Assembly: GCA_040954595.2 (NCBI GenBank)
Contig: CM082581.2
Span: 12,026,286-12,090,285 of the forward strand
Source: Balanoglossus misakiensis
Lineage: Eukaryota > Animalia > Hemichordata
Reading direction: 5' to 3'
DNA length: 64,000 nucleotides
The notes under the pieces were generated by a model. That model was not told the origin of the DNA. It did not search any database and was given only the letters and a program-made list of their open reading frames with translations. The translations under genes and the position numbers were made by a program. Numbering within the stretch: position 1 is the first letter of the stretch; each line of letters begins with the position of its first letter. Positions 1 to 13,300 of this stretch are shown one piece after another.

Positions 1-3000
1 TTAACCTTCACAAACATTCTGTATAACCTGTGCCAGGAGACTATTCCGAGGTAAAGGAATACAGACTCAACGCAGTTTCTGTGGTTGCATGATTCATTAG
101 TACCACTAAGTCTAGCATGACTACCATTTGATCCATATGACAGGCGATTTCAGTTCACTGGATCTCAAATTCTATAGCAATTAAAACGCAAGGACTCGCG
201 TTTCCTAAATTACGAAATAAATGCATTGACATATTTTTCTTCCCAACTTGTAACTAAATCAGAACGATATCCTCTGTCAACGTTTGTTTGAAACATATCA
301 TTTATGACCATTAAAATCGGCTAAAGGATTGATTTTAAAAACTGCGCTTGTAGTATTACACTCGAGACAGCTCAATTCAAAACCCAAATTGCTCGAGTTT
401 CGTGCTTTCCGCGGTAAATACCCTTGTGTTTAACGGGACACGGTAATAACTGTCACGAATTAAAACTATTCAATATGTCAGACATGTGTTTAACACCAGC
501 TGTGGCACTTAACTATAATGCGAATCAATTGAGGGACTGGTCTGCGGAAAAAGGATGTTTGGAAAATGCCATGACTCTACATAGTTACTTTTTATCGCTA
601 AGATAGTAAGAAACTGATTATTATTTTTTTCGCTCAGACGGGTTTCTATATATGGATTTTACAAGTTGTTTTTTCAACACCACTATTGGTTTTTAATCTG
701 CATGATTGGTCTTTACTACTTGATAGATAATGTTGTCGTTTAATGTGGGCACAATTTGATTAACCGTAGTTGCGGGAAAAGGAGTGTCATTCAAGAGAAG
801 GCCATACACATGTACGAGGCTATAGGAATACTTCTTCTTGTACGTGTTCTCTCTACATATTTCTCTGATGGTCTTTTGTGAGTGTAGTGGGGCAATGCTG
901 ACATATATTTTACTTAAATTAGCGAGCACCCAATCTTTCAACAGAAACACCTGAGCACTTATTTGATGTTGCCGCATTTTCGCATGCTTAATTTCATTGC
1001 AATTCGACTCATGAAATGATGTGGAGTGTGGCTTTTATTTTGTTCACCGTACAGGAATTCCGCCTGCGTATAATTTGCATTCAACTGGCCACTTTGGGTT
1101 GAATGTGTAAAGTAACATAATTTCATTTATCATTTTACTTTCCACAGATCTCGGAAACAAAAGAACTTGTAATGTTATCCGTCACATGGAATTTGGAACA
1201 CGAAAACTGCGAACAGTTCATATGAATTCAGCATAAAATGGTATTATAATATGTGACATTTAATAATGATAACCAATCAATATTAAATGCAATCCATAAT
1301 CAGTGAAACGGTCGGTATTGGATTCATCAAGAATACAAATTTAACCTGCCCCACTCGTATGAGATTTCGGCTTTTTGTATTTCTGCTATAATTTTGTTCA
1401 GGGGTCATGTTGCTGAGCGTACAAAACTAGAACTTTTTCTTGTTATTGACCTCTTAAAACTAGAGTTGCTAGGGATTAATGCAAGTGGGGAGAATATATT
1501 CCCATGGGTTTGACAGGAAGACTGGGTACTAGTATTTATTCCGTGTATTCGCATCTTTACTCGAGAGACCAACTTCCTGCTGTATGCTAAGGTCAGTACG
1601 TAGCTGTCCACATGACTATTTGTGACATCTGTATAAATGTATTATGTCCGATTCACAGACTGCTTGCTCTTGTGTCCATGCGTGCGATGTGTAGAGATTA
1701 ATGGGGATATGTGGGCGCGATATCTGCCTTGAGCAATAGCAGAAAGCTAATTTGACTAGACAGCAGAGGGTGGCTTTGCAAATGGTTCGCTTTAGTCATA
1801 TGCACGAAAACATATCCTGCTGTGACCAAAGTGCCATACACCTGACATGCAATTGGTGTACACCAGTTGATTTCTGTGACCATGAACGTTGTAAAACACG
1901 AATGTTGACAATCTTCTATTTTGACCCATTCGCCTAAATTCGCGTAGACTTACCATAATCTGGATTAAATAGAAGCTTTGACCTTGGCCTTTCGCCTTTT
2001 TACATTATTTGCACCAAGGCCAGTGACGTCAGTCATTATATTGACACTTTAACGGTGGTTTTAATGGAGCAGCGTCGTCATTCACTATCATTTTTCCACT
2101 GACAATATTACACACAACCGAAATTAAGTGGTGCACTGCACTGACACATTTCATGGCAAGGTGGAAGTCTGTGCTAAAGCAGGCTCTTGCCGCCCAAACA
2201 CCATCATTTCAGCAAATATGGCTCAAATATGGAAATCACGCAACTCTACTTCCCTGAAAGTGTCACAGGCGACCATGCAGATGGTTTTAAGCCGATAAAG
2301 TGAAATCTAGTATCGTGTACCCGTGGTGCATTAACAAAGAGAATGTTGCAAAAGTAGTTTCAAAAAAGTTACAAAGCAAAAAATTTTCGTAGGCCTTCGA
2401 TTTACTTCCTCTAAGCTTTGAGAATCGCAATGACATATCACAAAAGAAATTTTAATCACAAAAGTGCTTTTACGTGTTCTGTATGGTTGAAACATTTAAA
2501 ATTTAAAAATTGACACAATTTATCGCTTTTATCTTCCCGAACGTTAGCCCGGATTTTCAAGCAATCTTGCACATTTTTATAAATGGATAATGTAGGGTCA
2601 GCGCGCTATCGCTATCCGAAGACGTTGCTCTGTGTCACTCAAACTAATAATGAAAATCCGCTGAGATGGATGCCGTGGTCGACCTCAGTTGTATCTCTTA
2701 AGTACAATGAATGCCACATATATACGTTAGAAACTATCTGATATTCCTTTTATTCGTGCTGCAATGGCGATAACTAGATTTCCCCTGAGGTTCCAAATGA
2801 CTGCGCTAAAGTGAATTACAGCCGCGATAGAAGGGTGCTAACATACACGTTTATATTCACTTCACAAACCAGATCTAAAGACTCTGTAGTCATAGCCAGC
2901 CACCTCGTCTACATCCGGGTTAATTCTGTTACGGTACTTTTATTGTTTTAAGGGGAAACTGTACGTATAAATTCTGAGGGAAAACAACTTGTTGGACTTC

Positions 3001-6000
3001 TTATGTTGCAAAGAGCCGAATACTCCTTGATGGACACTTGCAAAGCAGCAACACCTGTCCGAAACCGACTGACGTGTCACGTTAGGTATTGAAAGGTAGC
3101 GGCATGTGAAACTCAAAGTGAAATGAAAAGGAGTTTTTCAAAGATGGAAAATTATCAGAGGCTTGCTCCTGGAGATGTCTTGCAGTGCATGGAATTTCGG
3201 CATTCACGAAGTTATTTTCGCCGACAGTACTGCTGTTCAACGACTTTCAATGGAAGGAAAGGCACTGTGTGGCGACCTTGCTGAATTGAATACCGTGCTG
3301 CTGATTGATTTAATTCAGGGTTCATTTTGCCGGGGAAATGAGTCAGAACTGGGGCCTGAAACTTAAATATGTATTCATGCCTTGCTCCGTGGAAAGATGT
3401 GTTTTTCAGAGCAAGATAGCAAATCTTTTAACTTGCCATGGTCTCCTGCATTGAAGTTTGCTTTAATTTGAAAGGCAATGGGTATATGTTCAAACAAATT
3501 CGCAAATCATCATTTTTCATTTTCCATATAGAGTTATAATAACACGTGGCAGACTCACACACTTTTGAATTCTTAATGTCGGTAAATTTCAGATAATTGG
3601 TATGACATAGTGAGCCCACATTAGCCATCCGTTTGAAAATGGAGCGTTGTCCATTGAACTTTGATTTTCTTGGTGCATGTCATAAGTAACATTTTTGCTA
3701 TTTATGTTATTACCAGAAGGCACATGTGTACATCAATCATCCGATAAGGAGCTTAAATTTGCCATTCTCAGTCATTTTGGAAAAAGGGTAGTTGTAAAAG
3801 ATGTAGTGGTTGTTATACATACAGTGATCCAAAGCAAATCTGCCTGGACTTACTGAACATAAGTACACGCGCGCATGTAATCGCACATTCTCTATTAAGC
3901 TATCCAAACTGGTCTTGGCTCAGTGACCCGAGTTAGATTTGAGCGACGTTATTGAATCTTAAATTGTATGCTGTTTGTTCAGCAATTGACGCTTGTAATT
4001 ATGCAGGAAATGTAAGTGGTAGTCCTTCATTGATGCCACAGTGGATAAATCAAGGTTTCATTAGCTAAGTGTGTTATTATGACCAACGACTTAACCACGA
4101 TTATCTTTTGAATGAACAGGCAATCGCGAATGAAAGCTTAATTATTGACGTTTTTCAAGTGAGGCATTAGCTATCACAACCTTTTAAGTCAGCAATACTT
4201 CTGAAATTGACTTTGTGGAGGGTATCATTAGCTTCTGAACAATCATTAGATATATGATTGCAGCTGACATAATGAAATTTATCTTGACATTTTGTGGCCT
4301 ACAGAGTGAGGCACCTGTTGGGCAGGATGTCCTTACTCCCTTTCGAAACACCTGACATCACCTTTCCGTGTACACATTGTACCTTGAGGTCATCTGTGAC
4401 ATGTGTTAACAGTGTACAGTTTGTCTTTCGCGTTTCCAACTTCACGTTCGTGTCAAGAGCCTGCAAATACACAGCTGTGATTTCAGCAGTGCAGCCCCGA
4501 TTTGCATTGGATTTTTGCAGCTGTAGGCTTGTGCTAGGGGTCAAACCTTATTATAATAACTGCATTGTGGTTAAAAAGGTCGACAAGAGATATGTTACCT
4601 GCATTTCATGACTTCTTTCCATCTAAAGGTCTAAAATCATATGCTACCGTACCCAGAAAATTAATAATTAATTCTTTGAAAAATTTTAAAGTATTTGGCG
4701 AAATGTTCAATTGGCTTTGTTTTGATCATTTAAAAGTGATGTATTAGACCCGCACTAAGCGACGAAGAAATAAACATAGATATTGCATTAGTGGGTGATT
4801 GTGATAAATTAGTGAAAAAATCCTTTCAAGCAATCGAATAATAGTTTGTTTGTCAGGAAAACACACGAGTCTGCAACAGAAGTGCCAGTGTCTCCATACA
4901 GCTAAATATTGTGAAAGAATAGATTGTCCTGTCAATAGCATTCAACAACACGAAATCAAATGGAAGGATTACTCATGTTTTTTAAATGGAAGAGAAACGC
5001 TTCGTAAAAAAATAATCCAACGAACATACGGAGGAGAAATGATATCTCGTCACGTCTGATAGATTTTTATAAAGCTCCCATTGTTCGAATCATCTTTGAA
5101 CTCTGTGTTTAATGTTGTAAAAATTACTTATTAGAAATTGTATAAGCACTTCGTGAGTTATGGTGACGTAAAATATGAGCAGTACTGTGTTTTGTGTTTT
5201 TCTCGTGCTTTCACTCTCATCTCTTCCTCCCCCTCTCTTCCTCCCTTCTTGTCTGCCTGCCTGTCTGTCTCTCTCCCCTTCTCTCTAATTCTCTCTCAGA
5301 CACGTACGATCAACTGCGCAAATCCAGCTTTCCAACACATCTTCTACTTTGAATGCTAAGCCTCACCATAAAACTCCGATTCTTTTGTAACCCTGTGGTA
5401 ACAGGTGAATATGAGCTTAGAACTGCCTGCTTTCACAAAATCCAAATGAATGTTGACAGTAAAAATTCAGAATCAACGTTGTGACCAACACAGAGATAAC
5501 TTTGTGTCAGCTTCACTGTCGACCTCACATTTAAAACATCAAATAAAACTGTAACAAGAGGATTCACTTTTTTACTTACGCAAGCAAAACACAAGCAATA
5601 CGCCTTCCAGTTATGGGAACTCATCGGATATTTCATTCTGGTCTGATCCGTATACAGTCGTAACAGACAGCAATATAGTGAATGTATCTGCGTTCAACCT
5701 CCGTATATAATAAGGTATGCTAATAGTAATTCACCTATCCAGGTTACAGGGCCGGCTCATCAAAGGTAACTTAGATATGTGACACCTGAAGCGACACTCC
5801 CTATAATGTCCTGTGTGTTGAATGTCATCCTGTTTTGCCTGGTAAACAGAATTAATATGATTTTAGAGGTTTAAAGAGTTCTATAAAAAATCCAAATAGG
5901 CTAATATTTTGACAGGAGTGGGCAGTGCTTCCTGTATGCACACTTTTTAAAGATTGGTTGACAGACACTGGTGGCAGAATTGCCGTAAGGATTCTCTGCA

Positions 6001-6421
6001 TGTTCACAATGTTGTTTCTGTACTATCATTGTCAGTTATTATTTTACAGTTCAAAATAGCTACCAAACTCTGTGTCGCACAAGTTTGGACACTGTATAGT
6101 ATGTAGACGAGATGATGCCATGTTGAAACAAGTCGTCGGCTAGTTGTACCCTCATCCGATCGGCGCTGTCAACAGTATTTTTACTCTCTCCCGGGATCTC
6201 CCAATGCTAAATAAAGATGGAAGCGTTAAAACAGTACAGTGACGTGCTTTGTTTCCACCGAGCTGATGAAAACAAATGAGTCTGATTAAACCAACCTTTC
6301 ATTTCTTCGACGTTAGTAAGAGTCATGACCCCTTTCGCTTTTAATAAACCATACACAGCAAATTTCTGGATTGTGAACATTGGATACAAACAATTGCACC
6401 ATGAGTATCTGCAACAGACTC

Positions 6422-7397
6422 GTGACATTCTGTAAAATTTTAATCCTGTGCGCAAATCCAATAATGAATTAGATGATTAATCATATGAAACCAATCAACC
6501 AGCCTTAGCCTGTTTATAATACTTAGTGAATTCACACTTGAATGACCGCGTGTTTCATACTGGCACAGTTCATGTAAAGATAATATATTAGCTGAAAAAG
6601 ATGAACGCATACCAGTGATGTCTTTTGTCCAGTCAACCGAGCCCTTAAATGCAGATGACCCTGGACTCAAGGGGAAGGTAACCTTGGAATCTTGTGTTAA
6701 TAAGACAATCATTCAATGAAAATCTTTTACACGAATTACGTTGGAATTATTTACTTTCACTTATCGCTTGGGCTATGGCGCCCCCTCTCACTGTTAATGC
6801 AAATGAGTGGAAGTGACGTAGGAGACCACGTCCACTTGAGTCAGAATTGATTTCAGTGTTATCATAATACTCAGGTTTGTACATGTACATGTAACCAATG
6901 ATACCCTCTTTGTTTAGGGAAGTCTCAATGTAATTATATAGAGAGAGTTTGAGTCATTCGTGTGTTTAGCACTCACAACGTTGTTTGTTGACAGATCTGC
7001 CCGGGTATTTTGACCTACTAACAATCCACTTCGAGTACTAGGCTCCTACGTCACTTCCGCCTATACCGTAAACTGATGATTTTTTCAACGTCCGCAGACG
7101 GAATTCACATCAGTTCTTCATAAATATTGTATTAAGTAACACCCAATGACAAGGTAACCTTCACCTTTCATTTCTTCAAATTAGTCGAGACCACTAATTT
7201 TTCCTTTTAATAAAACCTCCCAAAACATTCAGCCAATTTACGGCTGGTGTAAATAACGGCAGCATCAGTACCCGAGTATATTAATTGTTTTTTTGCAAAA
7301 GGCTGGTGACATTCTGTAAAATTTAATCCCGTACACAAATCTAATGATGAATTAGATGATCTATCATACGAAAGCAATCAACCAACCTGAGCCTGTT
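6422..7397. repeat. Diverged ~92-bp direct repeat pair (6422-6514 and 7306-7397)
   Basis: Both copies read GTGACATTCTGTAAAATTT..ATGAATTAGATGAT..ATCATA.GAAA.CAATCAACCA.CCT.AGCCTGTT. Confidence 0.85.
6809..7058. repeat. 16-bp perfect inverted repeat enclosing ~250 bp (MITE-like, or paired ETS-CRE motifs)
   Basis: GGAAGTGACGTAGGAG (6809-6824) and CTCCTACGTCACTTCC (7043-7058). Confidence 0.6.
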
Positions 7398-10300
7398 GAT
7401 AGTGCGTTGTTTATTAGGTGTAGCACAAAATGGGTAGAGTTATAAACTTGCATCATGCGACAGTTAGTGCATTGGAAATAAAGACTGCAATCAGACCTTG
7501 TATGTACATTTCATTGTTACTAAATTATTATCGTGTGAAAAGCTCAGACACGATCTGTTTTCAATTTTTTTCTGTAAATTCAAAAGGCCGAAAATGTGAC
7601 ACATCCATTGCGAGTGGTTAAGTCAATGGCACCTGAACACTTCGGCAATCTGAAGTGATTACGGATTTGGCGTAGACTATCATTTCCTGTTCGTAAACAT
7701 TTTCGCGGGAAATATATTCTTGTTGACTAAAATAATTACTTTGCATGGGAACAACGAACTGTGCAATTGTTATGGCAAACTAAAATAAATGAGCAATGCA
7801 CTTTTTATTAATCACTGGTGGAAATTTCAAGTCGAAATGAATATAAATTCACTTGTGCCTCATTACGTAGCGCGGACATATAATACAATTACAGTAAACC
7901 ACAATGTTGGCATTTTATAATATTTCCACGCGACGATATAAAGAGGGAAAATGTGTGATTTGCAACTCTTTTCGATAGCGTGATCTCATAGATTAGGTAG
8001 TTTTAAAGACACAATCGACTTGAAAGTCTTATCATTGTAAAGGGGTTCAAACCCAGATGGAATTTTGCAGTCCGAACACCAGGAGTTCGCTCTAATAAAT
8101 CCAAATCATTAACTACGTATACACACTGTCAATTTCTCGATATACACTACTGCGTTATTCCCCACCTATAGTCACCCACCAAAAAGATTGAAAAAAAAAA
8201 TTCTTGTATCGCGTGTTTTCGAAATTCAGTGGATGACGTGGATTCTAAATGATTTTTTTTGACAGCTTATTCCAATCATCTTGGCATTGTTGCATTGTGC
8301 TCTCTTCACCAAATATGAGAAGTGGGTCCCATTTAACATCATACAGAGTGTCTCTGTCAACTTTCATTTATACGACAAATTATAGAAAGTATTCAAGCGA
8401 AAAATGAAATTGCAAAACGCATGTCCTGTGTAAATTACATTTACACAACCCCTGACCGCATTACACACTACACGTAAGTTGTGTTCGTTCTTGGTTCTTT
8501 AACAGTGTTGCAGAAAATATAAATGTGACTTCATTCAAAATTAAAACTAAGTTAATTACTCACTTGAATAACACAACCGTGCTTCTAGGTTTATAAAACA
8601 ATGACATTGTTATGAACATTGGTTCTTTGCTAGCATATGGCGACAAATGTTTATAGGTAAGATACTATAACTGAAAGTCATAACACCTTTCAACATGATA
8701 TACTTGGAACTATTAGGAAATAGGTGAATGTTGTTGGAATGTGGGTAAACTCTTTAAAGATGTGTATAGCTGCTCTGTTAATCCATTTTATTGTATTTTA
8801 TTTGCAAAATTGAATTCTACTTGTAATAAAACTTTTATGGGACCAAACTGTGAAATGAGTGGCTGCTCCACCTTCAACGTCAACGAGTTGTTATGAATCT
8901 TGGCTGGAATGATAGAAGCTTACCGATGTAGATTAGCTTCTTTAATTCCATGCGTTCGGGGAACTAGCGATCAGCAGCTGCCGTGGGCAATCCTCTGTGT
9001 TGAAATTGAAAATTAATCTCTTGTCATATTGACTAGTTGAAAGATCAAAACTGAAGAACAATTTTAGAGACATTGGTGACATGTCAACATAACACAGTTA
9101 TTCCAAAACAGTTCAAAATGGATTACACTGATGCAAAGAGGGAATTTTGCTGTTGTTAGCACACCTATACTTTGTCAGAATGCAACGTACTGTGTTAAGA
9201 TGAGCGAACGTCAGAAACTTTTTAAAACTTGTCTTCCACGCGGTAAAACTTTTAGACGGCATTGTGAATCCTACAAAGACTAACCCTTATCGAACAAAAC
9301 CCATCAATATTATTGAAGTAATTAACTCTAATTTGGTCTTGTATTTGCCAAATGGTTTCCTTTGGCCTTATCAAACGCAAAAACATTTTATCCTTGCAAA
9401 AGATAGGCTCAATTTTGAATCATTAATGAATGACTGTTATCGAGATTCCTGTGTTTGTTTCCGCTCATTTTCATTGTGAATCATTGATCAACGGGTCGAC
9501 AAACCAGCCACCGAGTTGAAATTCTATTCAACAAAAAGTATGCTTTCGGGTTTGATACAAAACCCGCATCCGGATCTCTTTCGCAAACAATTTTCTCGGC
9601 ATCCGAACGTGAGAGAAAAATCGTCCCTCAGGAAGTTTGAGAAAGAGTCCGTGTAATTTGTAAATCGGTTGGACATAAGCAGAAGGATGGTGTCTGGTTA
9701 TAGCTTTACACTGAGAATCCTACCCGACATATTACATTCTCTCGCGAAATTCGAACCCATTTCCTTTTACGTCTGTTTTGTGGTGTTTTTCCGACGCTGT
9801 AGGGTTCTCGATGGCTCTGTGATGATTTGGGGGGCTTTTTTTTCATAGTAAGAGCGCCTTGTAATGTCCCATGGTGTGTGATTGCCTTTGTGTGGCGTTG
9901 TGGGATTTGATTACTGACGTCACGACGTCGCCAGCATGTATGCCCTTTCGCGTCCCCGTATGGCGTAACAACGCGTCGAATCCACGGCAACCGTCACACA
10001 ATAAAAAAAATACATTGAGTGAATATCCGTTATTGAAATGGTTACAGCCATCATTGACTTGGCAATGCAGCTGTATCTGTGGTGGCTCTCAAAAAATTTA
10101 AAGGAAAATTGAAAATGAAAATTGCCATAATTGTTGAAGTTCTCTGATAGAAAGCCACTTTAAACAGGGAATGTCAGTCTACAAAATATGTATTTCTTGA
10201 AAGTCTAAATACTGGCTGCTAGCTAGGTGACAAACATTGTTTACATGAGAACTAATAAAACGTACTTTTGCACATCGTGTCAAAATACTGCAATTGTTAC

Positions 10301-13300
10301 GAATGACATTTGCGCCAGTTAAAGTTATTACAACATTCGTGCAAGCTGCGTCTTGACCAAAATTGTATTTATTGAAAACAGATGGTTTACGTCGCTTTGC
10401 AGAAAACATCACATCAACTTCAGCCAGAAAAATATTACAATATATAAAATGATTACTGTGGGGTTAATAAACGGACAGTCACGTGGCTCTTGTAAAAACG
10501 ATGACTGCGTTCACCAACATCTCAGCTTTTTGATATAAGTCACAGAACACTTCATTTAAATTGGCGATTTCCTACAAGGAACGTTAACACGGTGTAAATA
10601 ACATTTTCGTTGTGCGTAGCAAACAGGTTGTCGGAAAAGCAATAACAATCAATCTGGCACAGTGCTTCCTGCAAAATATTGTGCGTGAATCACAAATTTA
10701 TGTCATTGACTTCGAGTAAAATTACAGTCACTAAGTTTGGCTTACAAGCGTAAATGATTGCTATGCCGATTAATTTGCAGAATATGGTTTGCCGCATGAA
10801 ACATAACAACGACATTTATCATCTTGCATTGTTGTGTGTATGGCTATGTCTTAAATAAAATGACGCCTTCAACCTCAAACAACAACGGGTTTTCATGATA
10901 TTTCTGATCAATCGGCAACTGCTTAAGTAGCCATTTCTACTGACTTGCTAAGAAATAAAAACAATATAAAGGAAAAATTATTGTACAGTAGCCATTACCA
11001 GACGTTCCTATAAGTGCATTACTTTCAAGTGGGTCATTTGTTACAGGTACACATTAATGTCTGTTCTCAGAAATTCAGTTCTATTGAACCCTGCCTATGG
11101 AACTACGATTCCTTCTTCTCATAGGTTCATGCAATAACCCCGGGTCATAATAATGGCAGGCAATTATTTGAATACATTTCTGTAGTTGCCACCTATGACC
11201 TTTTCAATAAGCCATCGTTTGGCGAGAAGATTGTCAGTTGAAGCTGTTCAAAATCAGCAAAAGACTTGTGCACACTGAGTCGTGTTCACCGAAGTAGATT
11301 TTTATGTCACTTTCAAAAGGAACGTTTGTGACTTGTCTAAGTAGGGTTAGTGAACGAAGAAAAAATACGGGAGGATAGACTACTTCTCTCACAGGACCTA
11401 AGTGGCATCCGTGAAAAAAAAGAAGAGCATTTCTTTTAATTAAACTGACTACCGGAAATGAGTAGTGGGTAAGGCTAAATCTTGCTTTGAATGAAGATAA
11501 TTAAAATACAAGAAAGATCCAGATCAATTCAAGTTTTACGTTTGAGAGTAACAGTCGGTCTGTTAGCGCTTAGGACTTATCTACAAAAGTGATTTGTGTT
11601 TACCTGTAGCAAATCCGGGATTTGGGTACTCGCGTCACCGTATTAAAAATTTTCCCTGTGCTTAATAGGAAATTTAAGGATTACGGAAGTTTACATTGCA
11701 AGTGTATGTGAGCAGTGTGAACGTGTTTTTATTCTGCTAATGCAAACTATTGTTACGAAAGACCAAGACACAGAAATCCAATAAAAATCTGCTAATGACT
11801 ACGCATCCCATCTTGTTAACCTGAAATGGTCTCTGACGATTACTGTGGAAGACAAATTGAAGTGGTATTTTAAAGGGATGCTCGTCTTTGATTGTGTTGC
11901 TTTTTTCTTTCGATAGCTATAATTGGTTGCATAGCAACCGACAAACGACGTATGTGCAAGACCTACCGGTGTTCTAAATGTGTGGTTTGTAATAAAAAGG
12001 GTTTACGTTTAATAGCTGGGTGTCTTTGTGTCGTACACTCTTCCTTTATTGACGGATGAGGAGTTGTAAGGAATTGGCGTAAAGGAATGTAGACCCTTTT
12101 TTCGAACACGTTCATTCAGAACATATGCCATCAGTCCATAAATGAGCAAACGTCTTTCCATAAAGCACATCTCGAAAAGATTTGGTTCATCAAAACTCGG
12201 CGTTGAGCATTTGAATAGAAATAATCATGGCCTTCCTGTAGGTTGTCTGATTCATTGAAAAAAATGATACTTTTGTGTATTTTGTATTTTCCATGTTCGT
12301 CCCTGCACAGGAGAGTTATAAAACGCTACCATGCCACAATTATGAATTACTTGCGACGAAGTCTTATCTTGCTTGGCATCGTACTCAGGTGATCGGATAG
12401 CAAGACTTGTTGGCTGGTCAAACATCCGCGGGCAAATCTGGACCTATAGAAGTTCTGTACCTCACACTTTACATTATTGATGAAGCAGGTACCATTTCCT
12501 CACAAAGCATGGATTACACAGGTTGTGTTTGCGGCATCGCCTCTCGTTACATCTCTGTGCATTCGAAGTGTTCCCTTCTTATCGCAGCAATCTGATAAGC
12601 TTGCACCTGAGGTCCAGGAACAGACTTCAGTGCATATATCGATTTATATAGGGATCACGCATGCGCGAATCAGCTGTACTTTTGGCTTATAGGTTACTCT
12701 TTTTTTTTCTGAGTTGATTTTGAGAATGGCAGAAAAGAACCACGGTAGCAAAGAGAAAAGGAAAGTCAAACTTGCTTCCGATGTAAACTTAACTTTTTTT
12801 CCTTTGTTCTGACATCATGTCGGACGAAAAAAATACCGGTATTGGAATTCACCGATGCATGAAAAAAATCATCATTTCATTGAGACGAAAATTAATCTAC
12901 TAACATCGTGCAGTTCTAATTACATATATTGTACATTGGCTAATGATAAATGATACCAGTTTACAGAAAGTTGAATGAATAAGACGAGAACCTACGAAGG
13001 ATCATAAAGTCTATTGGAAGTTTATTAATAGACCGTGATGGGGCATAGGTTCCCCACCCTCCTGGGAAATTTGCAGACAATCTTTTTTTCTGAAAGCCTA
13101 TCATGTTCCAAGTAAAACGCACTCTCTGTGCTACCTGAGCATTGGGCAGTTTTTTTGAAGTTATGGTTTTTAAAACTTAAGTTTATAGGAAATCAAAAAG
13201 GCCTAGTAAATTGCCGCATGAAGGAAATTTGCCTTAAAAACTGTGAAGTATTTGGTATCAATAGAAAGCTCATTTAACCGTTATTATTATTCAACTTACT

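Noticed and set aside
7605-8060. tRNA/SINE-like boxes (GCGAGTGGTTAAG at ~7610; GGTTCAAACCC at ~8044)
   Set aside because: A- and B-like boxes are not at tRNA spacing and no cloverleaf can be folded.
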